Part shown: one piece after another, positions 1 to 9,926 of the stretch
Layout of the letters: each line of letters opens with the position of its first letter
How positions within the stretch are numbered: position 1 is the stretch's first letter
The notes under the pieces: generated by a model
Told to the model about the DNA's origin: nothing
Databases searched by the model: none
What the model saw: the letters and a program-made list of their open reading frames with translations, nothing else
Origin: an uncultured Acidobacteriota bacterium
Lineage (GTDB): Bacteria > Acidobacteriota > Thermoanaerobaculia > Multivoradales > UBA5704
Length of the DNA stretch: 64,000 nucleotides
Assembly: GCA_963700145.1 (NCBI GenBank)
Contig: OY969474.1
Coordinates: forward strand, 4,608,001 to 4,672,000
Direction of reading: 5' to 3'
Translations under genes and position numbers: made by a program

Positions 1-1
1 C

Positions 2-385
2 GCCGCCGGCCACGCCGGCAAGATCCTGGCCCACCTGCAGGAGAAGGGGTTCACCATCCGCGCCCTCAAGATGGTGCGGCTCTCGACCGACCAGGCGCGC
101 GCCTTCTACGAGGTGCACAAGGAGCGGCCGTTCTACGCCGGCCTGGTGGAGTTCATGACCGGCGGGCCGGTGGTACCGGTCGTCCTCGAGGGCGAGAACG
201 CCGTCGCCGCGCTGCGCGAGGCGATGGGCGCGACCGACGTCGCCAAGGCGGCGCCGGGCACCGTGCGCGCCCTCTACGGCACCTCCATCGAGCGCAACGC
301 CATCCACGGCAGCGACTCGCCCGAGAACGCGGCGCGCGAGATCGCCTTCTTCTTCTCCCAGGCCGAGCTGCTCGCCGCGCGGTAG
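2..385 (+). CDS. ndk: Nucleoside diphosphate kinase (5' truncated by window edge)
   Basis: FYEVHKERPFY, FMTGGPVV and catalytic RNAIHGSDS motifs; frame open from position 2. Confidence 0.97.
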   Translation, partial: AAGHAGKILAHLQEKGFTIRALKMVRLSTDQARAFYEVHKERPFYAGLVEFMTGGPVVPVVLEGENAVAALREAMGATDVAKAAPGTVRALYGTSIERNAIHGSDSPENAAREIAFFFSQAELLAAR

Positions 386-395
386 GCTGAAGGCG

Positions 396-674
396 ATGGT
401 CTACCGCAACCCGCAGGCCGCGCCGATGAGCCAGGTGCCGGAGGAGCGGCGCGGCCGCGTCGTCGGCCGCTTCTGTCTCGTCTGCGGCACGGTCTACCCC
501 GAGCAGCGCGCCCGCCACAGCGGCCGCCCGGTCTACGGCCGCGACCACATCGCGGCGCCCTGCGCCCACGAGGGGGGCCGCTTCGAGCCCGGCGAGGCGT
601 GGTGGGAGCCGGCCGTCGAGGTGCTGCCGCCGCCGCCCCCGCCCCCCGCGCCGCCGGCCCAGCCCGCCGCCTGA
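396..674 (+). CDS. Small hypothetical protein with CxxC...H...CxH and proline-rich tail
   Basis: ATG ORF fills the gap between ndk and UDG; host-like codon usage. Confidence 0.65.
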   Translation: MVYRNPQAAPMSQVPEERRGRVVGRFCLVCGTVYPEQRARHSGRPVYGRDHIAAPCAHEGGRFEPGEAWWEPAVEVLPPPPPPPAPPAQPAA

Positions 675-679
675 CGCGG

Positions 680-1306
680 GTGCGCGGCGCCGTCGATCCC
701 GAGCTCGCCGCCCACGTCGAGGAGCTGGTCCGCTGCCGCCGCTGCCCGACGGTGGTGCCGCCGCCGGTCGCGGCGCTGCCGCTCGGCCGCCCGCGCCTGA
801 TGGTCGTCGGCCAGGCCCCCGGCCCGCGCGAGGCCGACCGGGAGCGCCTCTTCGCCCACACCGCCGGCACCCGCCTCTTCTCCTGGTTCGCCGAGCTGGG
901 GGTGCCCGAGGAGGAGGCGCGCGCCCGCATCTGGATCGCGGCGGCGATCCGCTGCTTCCCCGGCCGCGCGCCGCAAGGCGGCGACCGCGTGCCCTCGCCG
1001 CAGGAGGTCGCCAACTGCGCCCCCTGGCTGGAGCGCGAGCTGCGCCTCCTCGAGCCGCTGACGATCATCGCCCTCGGCCAGCTCGGGATCAGCCGCTTCC
1101 TGCCACCGGCGCCGCTAGCCGACCGCGTCGGCCGCGTCTTCGAAGTGGAGCGCGACGGCCGCACCTTCGAGGTCGTCCCCCTCCCGCACCCCTCCGGCCG
1201 CAGCACCTGGCTCAACCACCCCGAGAACCAGAAGCGCCTCCGGCGGGCGCTGGCGCTGCTCAAGAAGACGCGGGGCTGGCGGGCGACGTTCGGCGACCGG
1301 AGATAG
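680..1306 (+). CDS. Uracil-DNA glycosylase superfamily protein
   Basis: CRRCP, VVGQAPG, RCFPG, LPHPSG motifs; GTG start at 680 inferred. Confidence 0.9.
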   Translation: MRGAVDPELAAHVEELVRCRRCPTVVPPPVAALPLGRPRLMVVGQAPGPREADRERLFAHTAGTRLFSWFAELGVPEEEARARIWIAAAIRCFPGRAPQGGDRVPSPQEVANCAPWLERELRLLEPLTIIALGQLGISRFLPPAPLADRVGRVFEVERDGRTFEVVPLPHPSGRSTWLNHPENQKRLRRALALLKKTRGWRATFGDRR

Positions 1307-1318
1307 AGTCTCGGCGCG

Positions 1319-1519
1319 ATGCGCACGAACATCGTCCTGGACGACGAGCTGGTCGCCGAAGCGGCCCGGCTGAGCGGCATCAAGACGAAGAAGGACTTGG
1401 TTCACGAGGCGCTGCGGCATTTCGTCGAGAGCAAGCGCCGCAAGAGCCTCCTCGACCTCGTCGGCAGGGTGGAGCTGGACCCGGAGTACGACTACAAGAA
1501 GCTCCGCGCCGGCCGGTGA
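1319..1519 (+). CDS. vapB: VapB-family antitoxin
   Basis: MRTNIVLDDELV...TKKDLVHEAL signature; GTGA overlap with PIN gene. Confidence 0.9.
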   Translation: MRTNIVLDDELVAEAARLSGIKTKKDLVHEALRHFVESKRRKSLLDLVGRVELDPEYDYKKLRAGR

Positions 1520-1852
1520 CCGTCGTCGACACCTCGGTCCTCGTTGATCTCTCGCGGCGGCGGGGGCTGCTGGAGACGCTCACCTCCCGCACGCTCCTCT
1601 CGCCCCGCGACGCCGCCGCGACCCACATCGCCGTCGCCCCTGTACTACGACTGCCGGCGACGCGGCATCACCATCCGCTCCGCCGACTGCTTCATCGCGC
1701 AGCTCGTCCTCGAGGAGGAGGCCGTCCTGCTCCACGACGACGAAGACTTCGAGCGCCTCCGCGAAGTCTGCCCCGCTCGAGACTCTCAGGGGCTGACTCA
1801 GGGAAGGTTTCCGCCGCGCCGGGGAGTTGAGTCAACGCCGGCAATGAGTTAG
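1516..1852 (+). pseudogene. vapC: VapC/PIN toxin pseudogene
   Basis: N-terminal VVDTSVLVD in one frame, C-terminal DCFIA...LLHDDEDF in another (frameshift near 1640); central part appears deleted. Confidence 0.8.
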
Positions 1853-1857
1853 CCGGT

Positions 1858-2109
1858 GCTGGAGATGTTGTATCGAGCACGGAGGAAACATCCTCCGGCC
1901 CGAAGGAAACAATTCCTGGACCGGAGGAAACATCCTCTGAGACAGAGAAAACAATTTCCGGACCGGAGGAAACATCCTCTGGACCGGAGGAAACATCCTC
2001 TGGCTCAGAGGAAACATCCTCTGGGGCCGAGGAAACAATTTCTGAGGCTGATACAACATCTCGAGGAGCCGGGGAGATGCCCGCCGGCGTCGGCGAAACC
2101 TCCTCCGCG
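1858..2109. repeat. Array A: about 12 degenerate 21-bp tandem units, consensus CCGGAGGAAACATCCTCTGGA (each unit quasi-palindromic)
   Basis: Units start at 1879, 1900, 1921 ... 2047 with no indels; GAGATGTTGTATC (1862) and GATACAACATCTC (2050) are inverted copies. Confidence 0.9.
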
Positions 2110-2113
2110 CCTC

Positions 2114-3100
2114 CTAACGCCGCGCCAGCGCCAGGCCGAAGAGGTCCTCCTCGTCGGTCCACCAGGCGAGGGGCTCGAGACCCGCGTTGCGGAGCATGCC
2201 TTCCGTCCGCGGGCGGTCGAACTTGGCGCTGATCTCGGTGTGGATCTCCTCGCCCGGGGCGATCTCCAGCGTCAGGTCGAGCCCCGGCAGCTGCACCGTC
2301 TGCGGCCCGCGCGCCACCAGCCGCGCCTCGATCCAATCCTTCTCGGGGTCGTAGAAGGCGCGGTGGCCGAAGGCCTCCGGGGCGAAGTCGCCGCCGGTCA
2401 GGTCGTTTACCACGCGCAGGATGTTGCGGTTGAACTCCGCCGTCACCCCCTGGGCGTCGTTGTAGGCCGCCTCGACCCGCGCGACCGGCTTCACCAGGTC
2501 CACCCCGAGGAGGAAGTGGTCTCCCGGCGCCATCGCCGCCGCCAGCCGGGCGAGGAACGCCGCCCGCTCGTCGGGCAGGAGGTTGCCGATCGTGCCGCCC
2601 AGGAAGATCACCAGCCGCGGCTCCTTACCCGGCAGCGGCGCCAGCCGCCCGAGGAAGTCGCCGACGACGCCGTGCACCGCGAGCCCCGGGTAGGCCGCGA
2701 CCAGCTCCTCGGCCACCCGCCGTAGCGTGCCCTCGGCGACGTCGAACGGCACGTAGAGCTCGAGCGTGCCGGCGGCGCGCAGGGGCCCGAGGAGGTGCCG
2801 CGTCTTGGTCGCCGCCCCCGAGCCCAGCTCGACCAGCGTCCGCGCCTTGGTGTGCCCCGCCACCTCCGGCCCGATCCGCTCGAGGAGGGCCGCCTCGGTG
2901 CGCGTCTGGTAGTACTCGGGGAGGGTGGTGATCCGCTCGAAGAGCGCCGAGCCGCGGTCGTCGTAAAAGAACCGGCTGGAGATCGACAGCGGCCGCTGCG
3001 CCAGGCCGCGGCGGAGGGCCTCGAGGTCGCGCTGCCGGCCGCGCTCGCCGCTGCGGTCCTCGATCGTGATGCGCGGCGACTCACCGGCGGTCGCGCTCAC
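2114..3100 (-). CDS. egtD: L-histidine N-alpha-methyltransferase
   Basis: FFYDDRGSALFERITTLPEYYQTR, ELGSG, FLGGTIGN, AYNDAQGVTAEFN, HTEISAKF; GTG start overlaps the upstream stop. Confidence 0.95.
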   Translation of the reverse strand: MSATAGESPRITIEDRSGERGRQRDLEALRRGLAQRPLSISSRFFYDDRGSALFERITTLPEYYQTRTEAALLERIGPEVAGHTKARTLVELGSGAATKTRHLLGPLRAAGTLELYVPFDVAEGTLRRVAEELVAAYPGLAVHGVVGDFLGRLAPLPGKEPRLVIFLGGTIGNLLPDERAAFLARLAAAMAPGDHFLLGVDLVKPVARVEAAYNDAQGVTAEFNRNILRVVNDLTGGDFAPEAFGHRAFYDPEKDWIEARLVARGPQTVQLPGLDLTLEIAPGEEIHTEISAKFDRPRTEGMLRNAGLEPLAWWTDEEDLFGLALARR

Positions 3101-4647
3101 GCCAGCCCCCGCGGCCGTACCCCGCGCTCGACCAGGCCGAGCGCGCCGTCCACGACCAGCGCCAGGAGCGCCGCCGGGATCGCCCCCGAGAGGATGCGCG
3201 GCGTGCTGGCGAGCTGGAGGCCGGTGACGATCGGCTCGCCGAGCCCGCCGGCGCCGATGAAGGCGGCGAGCGTGGCGGTGCCGACGGTGAGGACCGCCGC
3301 CGTGCGCACGCCGGCCAGCAGCACCGGCGCGGCGAGCGGCAGCCGCACCTGGCGCAGCACCTGGCCGGGCGTCATGCCGAGCGCGGTGGCGGCCTCGACG
3401 GCGCGCGGGTCGGCGTCGCGCACGCCGGTGAAGGTGTTGCGCACGATGGGGAAGAGCGAGTAGACCCAGAGCGCCACGATCGCCGGCAGGGCGCCGACGC
3501 CCAGGAGCGGGATCATGAAGGCGAGGAGCGCGAGCGAGGGGACGGTCTGGGTCATGCCGAGGACGCGGATCAGCGGCTCGGCGAGTGGCCTGCGGCGCTC
3601 CAGCGCCAGCCCGAGCGGCACCGCCACCGCGGCGCCCAGGAGGAGCGCGATGGCCGAGAGCCCGAGGTGCTCGCCGGTGCGGCGCGCGATCGACCGCCGC
3701 TCGCTCCAGAGGTAGCCGAGGAGCCCGGGCGCGCCCGGCGCCGCCGCGCGCGCCGCCGGGGCGCTGTCGACCAGGAGCCCGAGCGCACGCAGGGCGTCGC
3801 GCGCCACCGCCTCCTCGCTCTCCTTCCCCTCCTGCAGGCGGAAGTTGAGGCGGCGCATGCGCGTCTCGTCGAGGACGCCGGCAAGGAGGCCGAGCGCGGC
3901 CGCCGCTTCCGGGTGGCGGCGCAGCGTCGCGCCGCGCGCGAGCGGCGCCGCCTCGTAGGGCGGGAAGAGGCCGCGGTCGTCCTCCAGCACGACCAGGTCC
4001 TGCACCGCCAGCCGCCCGTCGGTCGTGTAGACGTCGAGCGCCTCGACCTCGCCGGCTTCCGCGGCGCCGTACTTCAGGGCGTGCTGCATCGGGCGCACGG
4101 AAGCGAAGCGGAGGCCGTAGAGGCGCGCCAGGCCGGGGAGGCCGTCCTCCCGCTCGACGAACTCGTAGCCGAAGGCGGCGGAGAGGCCGGGCGCGACGCG
4201 CGCGAGGTCGGAGATCGTGCGCAGCCGGTGGGCGCGCGCCACGTCGCCGCGCACCGCCACCTCGAAGGCGTTCTCGAAGCCGAGGCCCGGCAGCCAGACG
4301 AGGTCCCAGCGCTCGGCGAAGGCGCGGCGGACGCGCGCCAGCGTCTCGGCCCGGCCGCCGCGCGGCTTCTCGCCGAGCAGGGTGACGAGGCCGGTGCCGG
4401 TGTACTCGGGGTAGAGGTCGATCGCCCCGCTCTTGAGCGCCTCGAAGCAGACCTGCGTGCCGGCGAGGCCGAGCCGCCGCTCGACCGCGAGATCGGTGCG
4501 GGCCTCGAGGAGCTGCGCGAACATCTCGGCCAGGAGGCGGCTCTCCTCGAAGTTCTTCGAGCCGACGACGACGCGGCCGGAGGGGGCGGCGAAGAGCGGG
4601 GCGGCGACGAAGACGGCCATCGCCAGCATGAGCTTGGCGGGCCTCAC
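3097..4647 (-). CDS. Opu/OsmF-type ABC importer, fused substrate-binding domain and permease
   Basis: Signal peptide, VGSKNFEE, YPEYTGT, LEDDRGLFPPY; C-terminal EAA loop (EAATALGMT). Confidence 0.93.
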   Translation of the reverse strand: MRPAKLMLAMAVFVAAPLFAAPSGRVVVGSKNFEESRLLAEMFAQLLEARTDLAVERRLGLAGTQVCFEALKSGAIDLYPEYTGTGLVTLLGEKPRGGRAETLARVRRAFAERWDLVWLPGLGFENAFEVAVRGDVARAHRLRTISDLARVAPGLSAAFGYEFVEREDGLPGLARLYGLRFASVRPMQHALKYGAAEAGEVEALDVYTTDGRLAVQDLVVLEDDRGLFPPYEAAPLARGATLRRHPEAAAALGLLAGVLDETRMRRLNFRLQEGKESEEAVARDALRALGLLVDSAPAARAAAPGAPGLLGYLWSERRSIARRTGEHLGLSAIALLLGAAVAVPLGLALERRRPLAEPLIRVLGMTQTVPSLALLAFMIPLLGVGALPAIVALWVYSLFPIVRNTFTGVRDADPRAVEAATALGMTPGQVLRQVRLPLAAPVLLAGVRTAAVLTVGTATLAAFIGAGGLGEPIVTGLQLASTPRILSGAIPAALLALVVDGALGLVERGVRPRGLA

Positions 4648-5441
4648 CTCGCCGCCGCGAGCCTTTCCTCACCTGCTGCGGCTCCGGTCTCGAGCAGCGC
4701 CAGCAAGTCGCGCACGTACGGATCGGCCGGCCGCGCGGCGAGCTGCGCCGGCGGCGCAAGCTGCAGGAGCCGCCCGCGGCGCATCACCCCGACGCGGTCG
4801 GCCAGCCGGAAGGCCTCGGCCAGGTCGTGCGTCACGAGGAGCATGGTCTTGCCGACCTGAGACTTCAGCTCCAGGAACTGCCGCTGCAGCTCGAGGCGCG
4901 TCAGCGGGTCGAGCGCCCCGAACGGCTCGTCGAGGAGGAGCACCGGCGGGTCGCCGGCGAGGGCGCGGGCGAAGGCGGCGCGCTGGCGCTGGCCGCCGGA
5001 GAGCTCGAGCGGGTAGCGCGGGCCGTGGATGGCGGGGTCGAGCCCGACGAGCGCCAGCGCCTCGCGCGTCCGGGCGCCGCGGCGCGCCTCGTCCCAGCCG
5101 AGCAGGCGCGGCACCAGCTCGACGTTGCGCGCCACCGTCCAGTGGGGGAGGAGCCCGCCCTCCTGCGGCACGTAGCCGGTGCGGCGGCGCAGCTCGATCG
5201 GGTCGAAGGAAGCGACCGGCCGCCCCTCGACGCGCACCGCGCCGGCGGACGGCTCGGCCATGCGGTTGAAGCAGCGCAGCAGAGTGGTCTTGCCGCTGCC
5301 GCTCTCGCCCACCAGCGCCACCGTCTCGCCGCGGCGCACCGCCAGGTCCACCCCCGCCAGCGCGACGGTGCCGTCGGGGTACTCCTTGCGCACCCCCACC
5401 GCCTCGAGCGTCGTCTCACCCGGCTCCATGGCTTGCGGCAC
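4644..5441 (-). CDS. ABC importer ATP-binding subunit (OpuA/ProV-like)
   Basis: GESGSGKT, LSGGQRQR, LLLDEPF; start may be ATG 5429. Confidence 0.95.
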   Translation of the reverse strand: MPQAMEPGETTLEAVGVRKEYPDGTVALAGVDLAVRRGETVALVGESGSGKTTLLRCFNRMAEPSAGAVRVEGRPVASFDPIELRRRTGYVPQEGGLLPHWTVARNVELVPRLLGWDEARRGARTREALALVGLDPAIHGPRYPLELSGGQRQRAAFARALAGDPPVLLLDEPFGALDPLTRLELQRQFLELKSQVGKTMLLVTHDLAEAFRLADRVGVMRRGRLLQLAPPAQLAARPADPYVRDLLALLETGAAAGEERLAAAR

Positions 5442-5497
5442 GCGGCCGCCGGCAGTCTAGCCGATGGGCGGGGGGAGGGCCTCGAGCCCGCGCCTCT

Positions 5498-6394
5498 TTA
5501 GAACCTCCGTCCCACCGACAGGTACGGCTCCTCGTACTTCCGCGACGAGCGGCCCCAGATCCACTGGTTGTAGCCGGCCTCGGCCCACCAGCGCTGGCGC
5601 TCGCCGAGGTTGCGGAAGAGGGCGGCGCCGAGGACCATCCGGCTGGCGTCGGGGAAGCAGTTGGTGACCGAGCAGCCGAAGCGGTCATCCACTTTGCGCT
5701 CTGACTCGTTGCCGATGCCGTGGATCCAGCTGTAGGTGCCCTTGGCGATCAGCTTCTGCCAGGGGAGGGGATAGCCGACCTCGATGAAGAGCGGGATCTC
5801 GTCGGCCAGGTTGGTGGTGCGGTAGGTATAGCCGACCTCGAGGTTGAACCAGCCGCTCTCGGCGATCGAGCGGCTCACCAGGTAGGTCAGGCCGTAGTCC
5901 TCGCCCAGCAGGCCGCGCCACTCGGGGCTCTCGCCCTTGAACTCGCCGTCCTCGTCGAAGACGTGCCGGTCGTAGGGGCCCGAGAGGTCGTAGAGGTAGG
6001 AGGTGCGGATGTTGAGGGCCACCGCCATCGGCCAGGTGCCCTCCTTCAACTGCCGCTTGAGGCCGAGGAAGAGCTCGGAGAAGCCGCGGTTGCGCTCCAT
6101 GTCGCCGCGCTGCCCCTCGAGGCCGTCGAGGTAGAGCACCAGGTAGCGGACCGACGTGTCGTGGCCGACGCCCACCTCGCCGCCCGAGTAGCCGTACCGG
6201 AAGATGTGCCAGCTCGAGCTAACCCGGCTGTTGCCGTAGGGGTCCCACGAGGCCCGCGCCGTCTTCTCGCTGTAGCCGAACTGCACGTCGCCGGCGCCCG
6301 CCGCCGGCACCCACGCGCCGCCCGCCAGAGCCGGCGCGGCGACGAGGGTCAAGACACAGACGACACCACACAACTTCGACAAGCTGATGAACAT
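5498..6394 (-). CDS. Putative outer-membrane beta-barrel protein
   Basis: RBS-like GGAGG, signal peptide ending ALA, aromatic-rich alternating strands, terminal YLSVGRRF. Confidence 0.7.
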   Translation of the reverse strand: MFISLSKLCGVVCVLTLVAAPALAGGAWVPAAGAGDVQFGYSEKTARASWDPYGNSRVSSSWHIFRYGYSGGEVGVGHDTSVRYLVLYLDGLEGQRGDMERNRGFSELFLGLKRQLKEGTWPMAVALNIRTSYLYDLSGPYDRHVFDEDGEFKGESPEWRGLLGEDYGLTYLVSRSIAESGWFNLEVGYTYRTTNLADEIPLFIEVGYPLPWQKLIAKGTYSWIHGIGNESERKVDDRFGCSVTNCFPDASRMVLGAALFRNLGERQRWWAEAGYNQWIWGRSSRKYEEPYLSVGRRF

Positions 6395-6664
6395 AGCTTC
6401 CTCCAAGCTGTCCGTTCTCGGGACTCCGAGGAAGCCCGTTTTCCGCAAGGCGCGTACCAGCGCGGCCACGCGCACCGCGCGGGCCGGCGCCGGCCGCGGA
6501 GCGCCGCGGCCGCCGCTTCGTCCGTAGATCTTTTTATGAAGGGAACGCCGGATTATGGGCGGTGCCCGCTCCAACCCGCGTGAGTCGGCGCCCGCTCCGG
6601 CGGGCGGCCTTGCGGGTAGCGGCGCCCATCACCGGGCGCCGTCAACCGCGGCTAGGATCGCTGC

Positions 6665-7672
<1,008 letters not shown>

Positions 7673-7782
7673 CCCGCGCAGGCAACGCGCCCGTCCACCG
7701 CGGGGGACGCGCGGTGCGGGGGGCCCGCGGGCGGGAGATGTAAAACCACGGCCGTGCAACGACTTACCGCCGCCGCCGGGAC

Positions 7783-7797
7783 TGGCACAGCTCTTGG
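7783..7797 (+). promoter_or_regulatory. Possible sigma54 -24/-12 element (TGGCAC-N5-TTGG) with an IHF-like site upstream
   Basis: One mismatch to TGGCAC-N5-TTGC; GCAA-CGAC-TTA near 7756. Confidence 0.4.
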
Positions 7798-7949
7798 AAT
7801 CCCGACCCGTAGAGGACGGGCCGGCGTGAGTCCCCGCCCTCGCGGCCGCGAGGCCGAAGGTCCCGCCAAGGTTCCTTCCTCCGCAACCCGGGGCGGAGTC
7901 TCCCTCCTCCGCCCCGGCCCTTCCTTCCTCTCCGACTAGAATCCGGCGG

Positions 7950-8597
7950 ATGTCCGCCCTCCCCGACGCGCCGCGCCCTTGCGTGCTCGGCGTCGCCGGC
8001 GGCAGCGGCTCCGGCAAGACGACGGTCGCGCGCACCATCCTCGAGACCGTCGGCCGCGCGCGCATCGCCTTCCTCGAGCAGGACAGCTACTACCGCGACA
8101 TCGAGTGGCAGAGCGACGCCCAGCTCCTGCGCCACAACTTCGACCACCCGGACGCGCTCGACGACGACCTGCTCGTCGAGCACGTGGCGGCGCTCAAGGA
8201 GGGGCGGGCGGTCGAGGTGCCGATCTACGACTTCGTCCGCCACCGCCGCACCGACCGCACCCGCCGCGTCGACCCGCGGCCGGTGGTGCTGCTCGAAGGC
8301 ATCCTGCTCTTCGTCGAGCCGGAGCTGCGCGCTCTCCTCGACTTCAAGATCTTCGTCGACACCGACCCCGACCTGCGGCTGATCCGGCGTCTCAAGCGCG
8401 ACATGTCCGAGCGCGGCCGGGCGGTGGACGACGTGTTGCGGCAGTACGCCGAGACGGTGCGGCCGATGCATTTGGAGTTCGTCGAGCCCTCCAAGAGATG
8501 GGCGGACATCATCATTCCTGAAGGTGGGGAGAATCGCGCCGCATTAGAGATGGTGGTCGCTCGGGTCGAGCAGCTCCTCGGCGGAGGCGCGGCCTGA
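7950..8597 (+). CDS. udk: Uridine kinase
   Basis: GVAGGSGSGKTT, QDSYY, NFDHP, RRLKRD, FVEPSK. Confidence 0.96.
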   Translation: MSALPDAPRPCVLGVAGGSGSGKTTVARTILETVGRARIAFLEQDSYYRDIEWQSDAQLLRHNFDHPDALDDDLLVEHVAALKEGRAVEVPIYDFVRHRRTDRTRRVDPRPVVLLEGILLFVEPELRALLDFKIFVDTDPDLRLIRRLKRDMSERGRAVDDVLRQYAETVRPMHLEFVEPSKRWADIIIPEGGENRAALEMVVARVEQLLGGGAA

Positions 8598-8974
8598 TGG
8601 CCGTTTACACCTTGCGGGTACGCTCGCGCTTCGAGGCCGCGCACCACTTGACGTCCTATCGCGGCGCGCCCGAGCCGGTGCACGGCCACTCCTGGCGCGT
8701 CGAGGCGGTGCTCGAAACCGAAGGATTGGACGGCGAAGGGATGGCCTACGACTTCGTGGCGGTCAAGGGAGCGCTCGACGCCCTCGCCGCCGCGCTCGAC
8801 CACCGCGACCTCAACGCCCTGCCCGCCTTCGCCGGCGAGAGCCCGACGACCGAGCGGATCGCCGCCTGGTTCCACGGCGAGCTGGCCGCCCACCTCCCCG
8901 GCGCGCCGCTCGCCGCGGTGACCGTCTGGGAGGGGCCGGACTGCGCCGCCACCTACCGGCCGGCTCTTCCTTGA
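8597..8974 (+). CDS. queD: 6-carboxytetrahydropterin synthase
   Basis: FEAAH, HGHSW, LDHRDLN, PTTE, VWE. Confidence 0.92.
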   Translation: MAVYTLRVRSRFEAAHHLTSYRGAPEPVHGHSWRVEAVLETEGLDGEGMAYDFVAVKGALDALAAALDHRDLNALPAFAGESPTTERIAAWFHGELAAHLPGAPLAAVTVWEGPDCAATYRPALP

Positions 8975-9012
8975 CAGCCTGCCGCCCCGCCGCTAGCTTC
9001 TGCCCCATTCCG

Positions 9013-9891
9013 ATGCGAACTCGGCGCTTCGCGCCCGCGCTCGTTCTCGCCGCGGCCTTCGCCGGCTGCGGCGGGGAGGACCCTGTCGCCGGCCGGCTGG
9101 AGGTGACGCCGACGCGCCTCACCCTGCCGCACGGCGGCGTGCGGCCGCTGGTCCTCACCTGGACGCCGGCACGCGAGCTGTACGGCCGCGAGGGGGAGAG
9201 GGAGCCGCTCGTCTTCGTCCACCTCCTGGAGCGTCCCGGCATCGTCCTCCGCACCTTCGACCACCCCTTCCCGCAGCGTTGGCGCCCCGGCAAGCCGGTG
9301 CGCTACGAGGTGGATCTCTACCAGTCGGCCCTCGGCGAGACCTTGCCTGCCGGCCGCTATCAGCTGACGGTCGGGCTCTACCAGGCCGGCGGCCGGCGCT
9401 GGCCGCTGGAAACGGCGGGCCAGGAGGTCGGCAAGCGCGAGTACGCCGTCGCCGAGGTCGAGGTGCCGCCGCCCGGCGAGGGCGTGCCGGCCTTCTACTT
9501 CGCCGGCAAGTGGCTGCCGACCGAGCCGGGCGCGGACGTGCAGATGCTGGCGCGGCGCTGGCTGACCAACGACGGCGCGCTGCAGGTGCGGTCGGCGCCG
9601 GGAGCGGGTGAGCTGTGGATGGTGCTGCGCATCCCGGAGGCGACGGGAGCGGGGGAGAGGCTGGTGCTGGAGCCGGGCGCCGCGGCGCCGGGGGTCGTGG
9701 TCTCCTCGACCTGCGGCGGCGAGGAGATCGGCATCACCGGCCCGGGACCGCACGAGGTGCGCCTGCCGGTGCGGGAAGGCGCCGCGCCCTGCGAGATCCG
9801 CTTCGACGGCAACTTCAGTCTGGAGAGCGCGGGCTCACCGCACCGCCACATGGTGGCCTTGGAGGGGCTCGCCTGGGAACCAGCAGGCTGA
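9013..9891 (+). CDS. Hypothetical lipoprotein
   Basis: Lipobox AFAGC; VFVHLL...FDH Ig-like segment. Confidence 0.75.
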   Translation: MRTRRFAPALVLAAAFAGCGGEDPVAGRLEVTPTRLTLPHGGVRPLVLTWTPARELYGREGEREPLVFVHLLERPGIVLRTFDHPFPQRWRPGKPVRYEVDLYQSALGETLPAGRYQLTVGLYQAGGRRWPLETAGQEVGKREYAVAEVEVPPPGEGVPAFYFAGKWLPTEPGADVQMLARRWLTNDGALQVRSAPGAGELWMVLRIPEATGAGERLVLEPGAAAPGVVVSSTCGGEEIGITGPGPHEVRLPVREGAAPCEIRFDGNFSLESAGSPHRHMVALEGLAWEPAG

Positions 9892-9926
9892 GCCCGGCCG
9901 ACGGCGGGTCCTCGTGCAACTAGGAG

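Noticed and set aside
1858-2109. CRISPR array interpretation of the 21-bp arrays (also 42076 and 61667)
   Set aside because: Units are contiguous with no unique spacers and no cas genes are present.
8597-8974. queD with folE as a 7-deazaguanine DNA modification system
   Set aside because: They are 50 kb apart in housekeeping contexts with no dpd or tgt-like genes.
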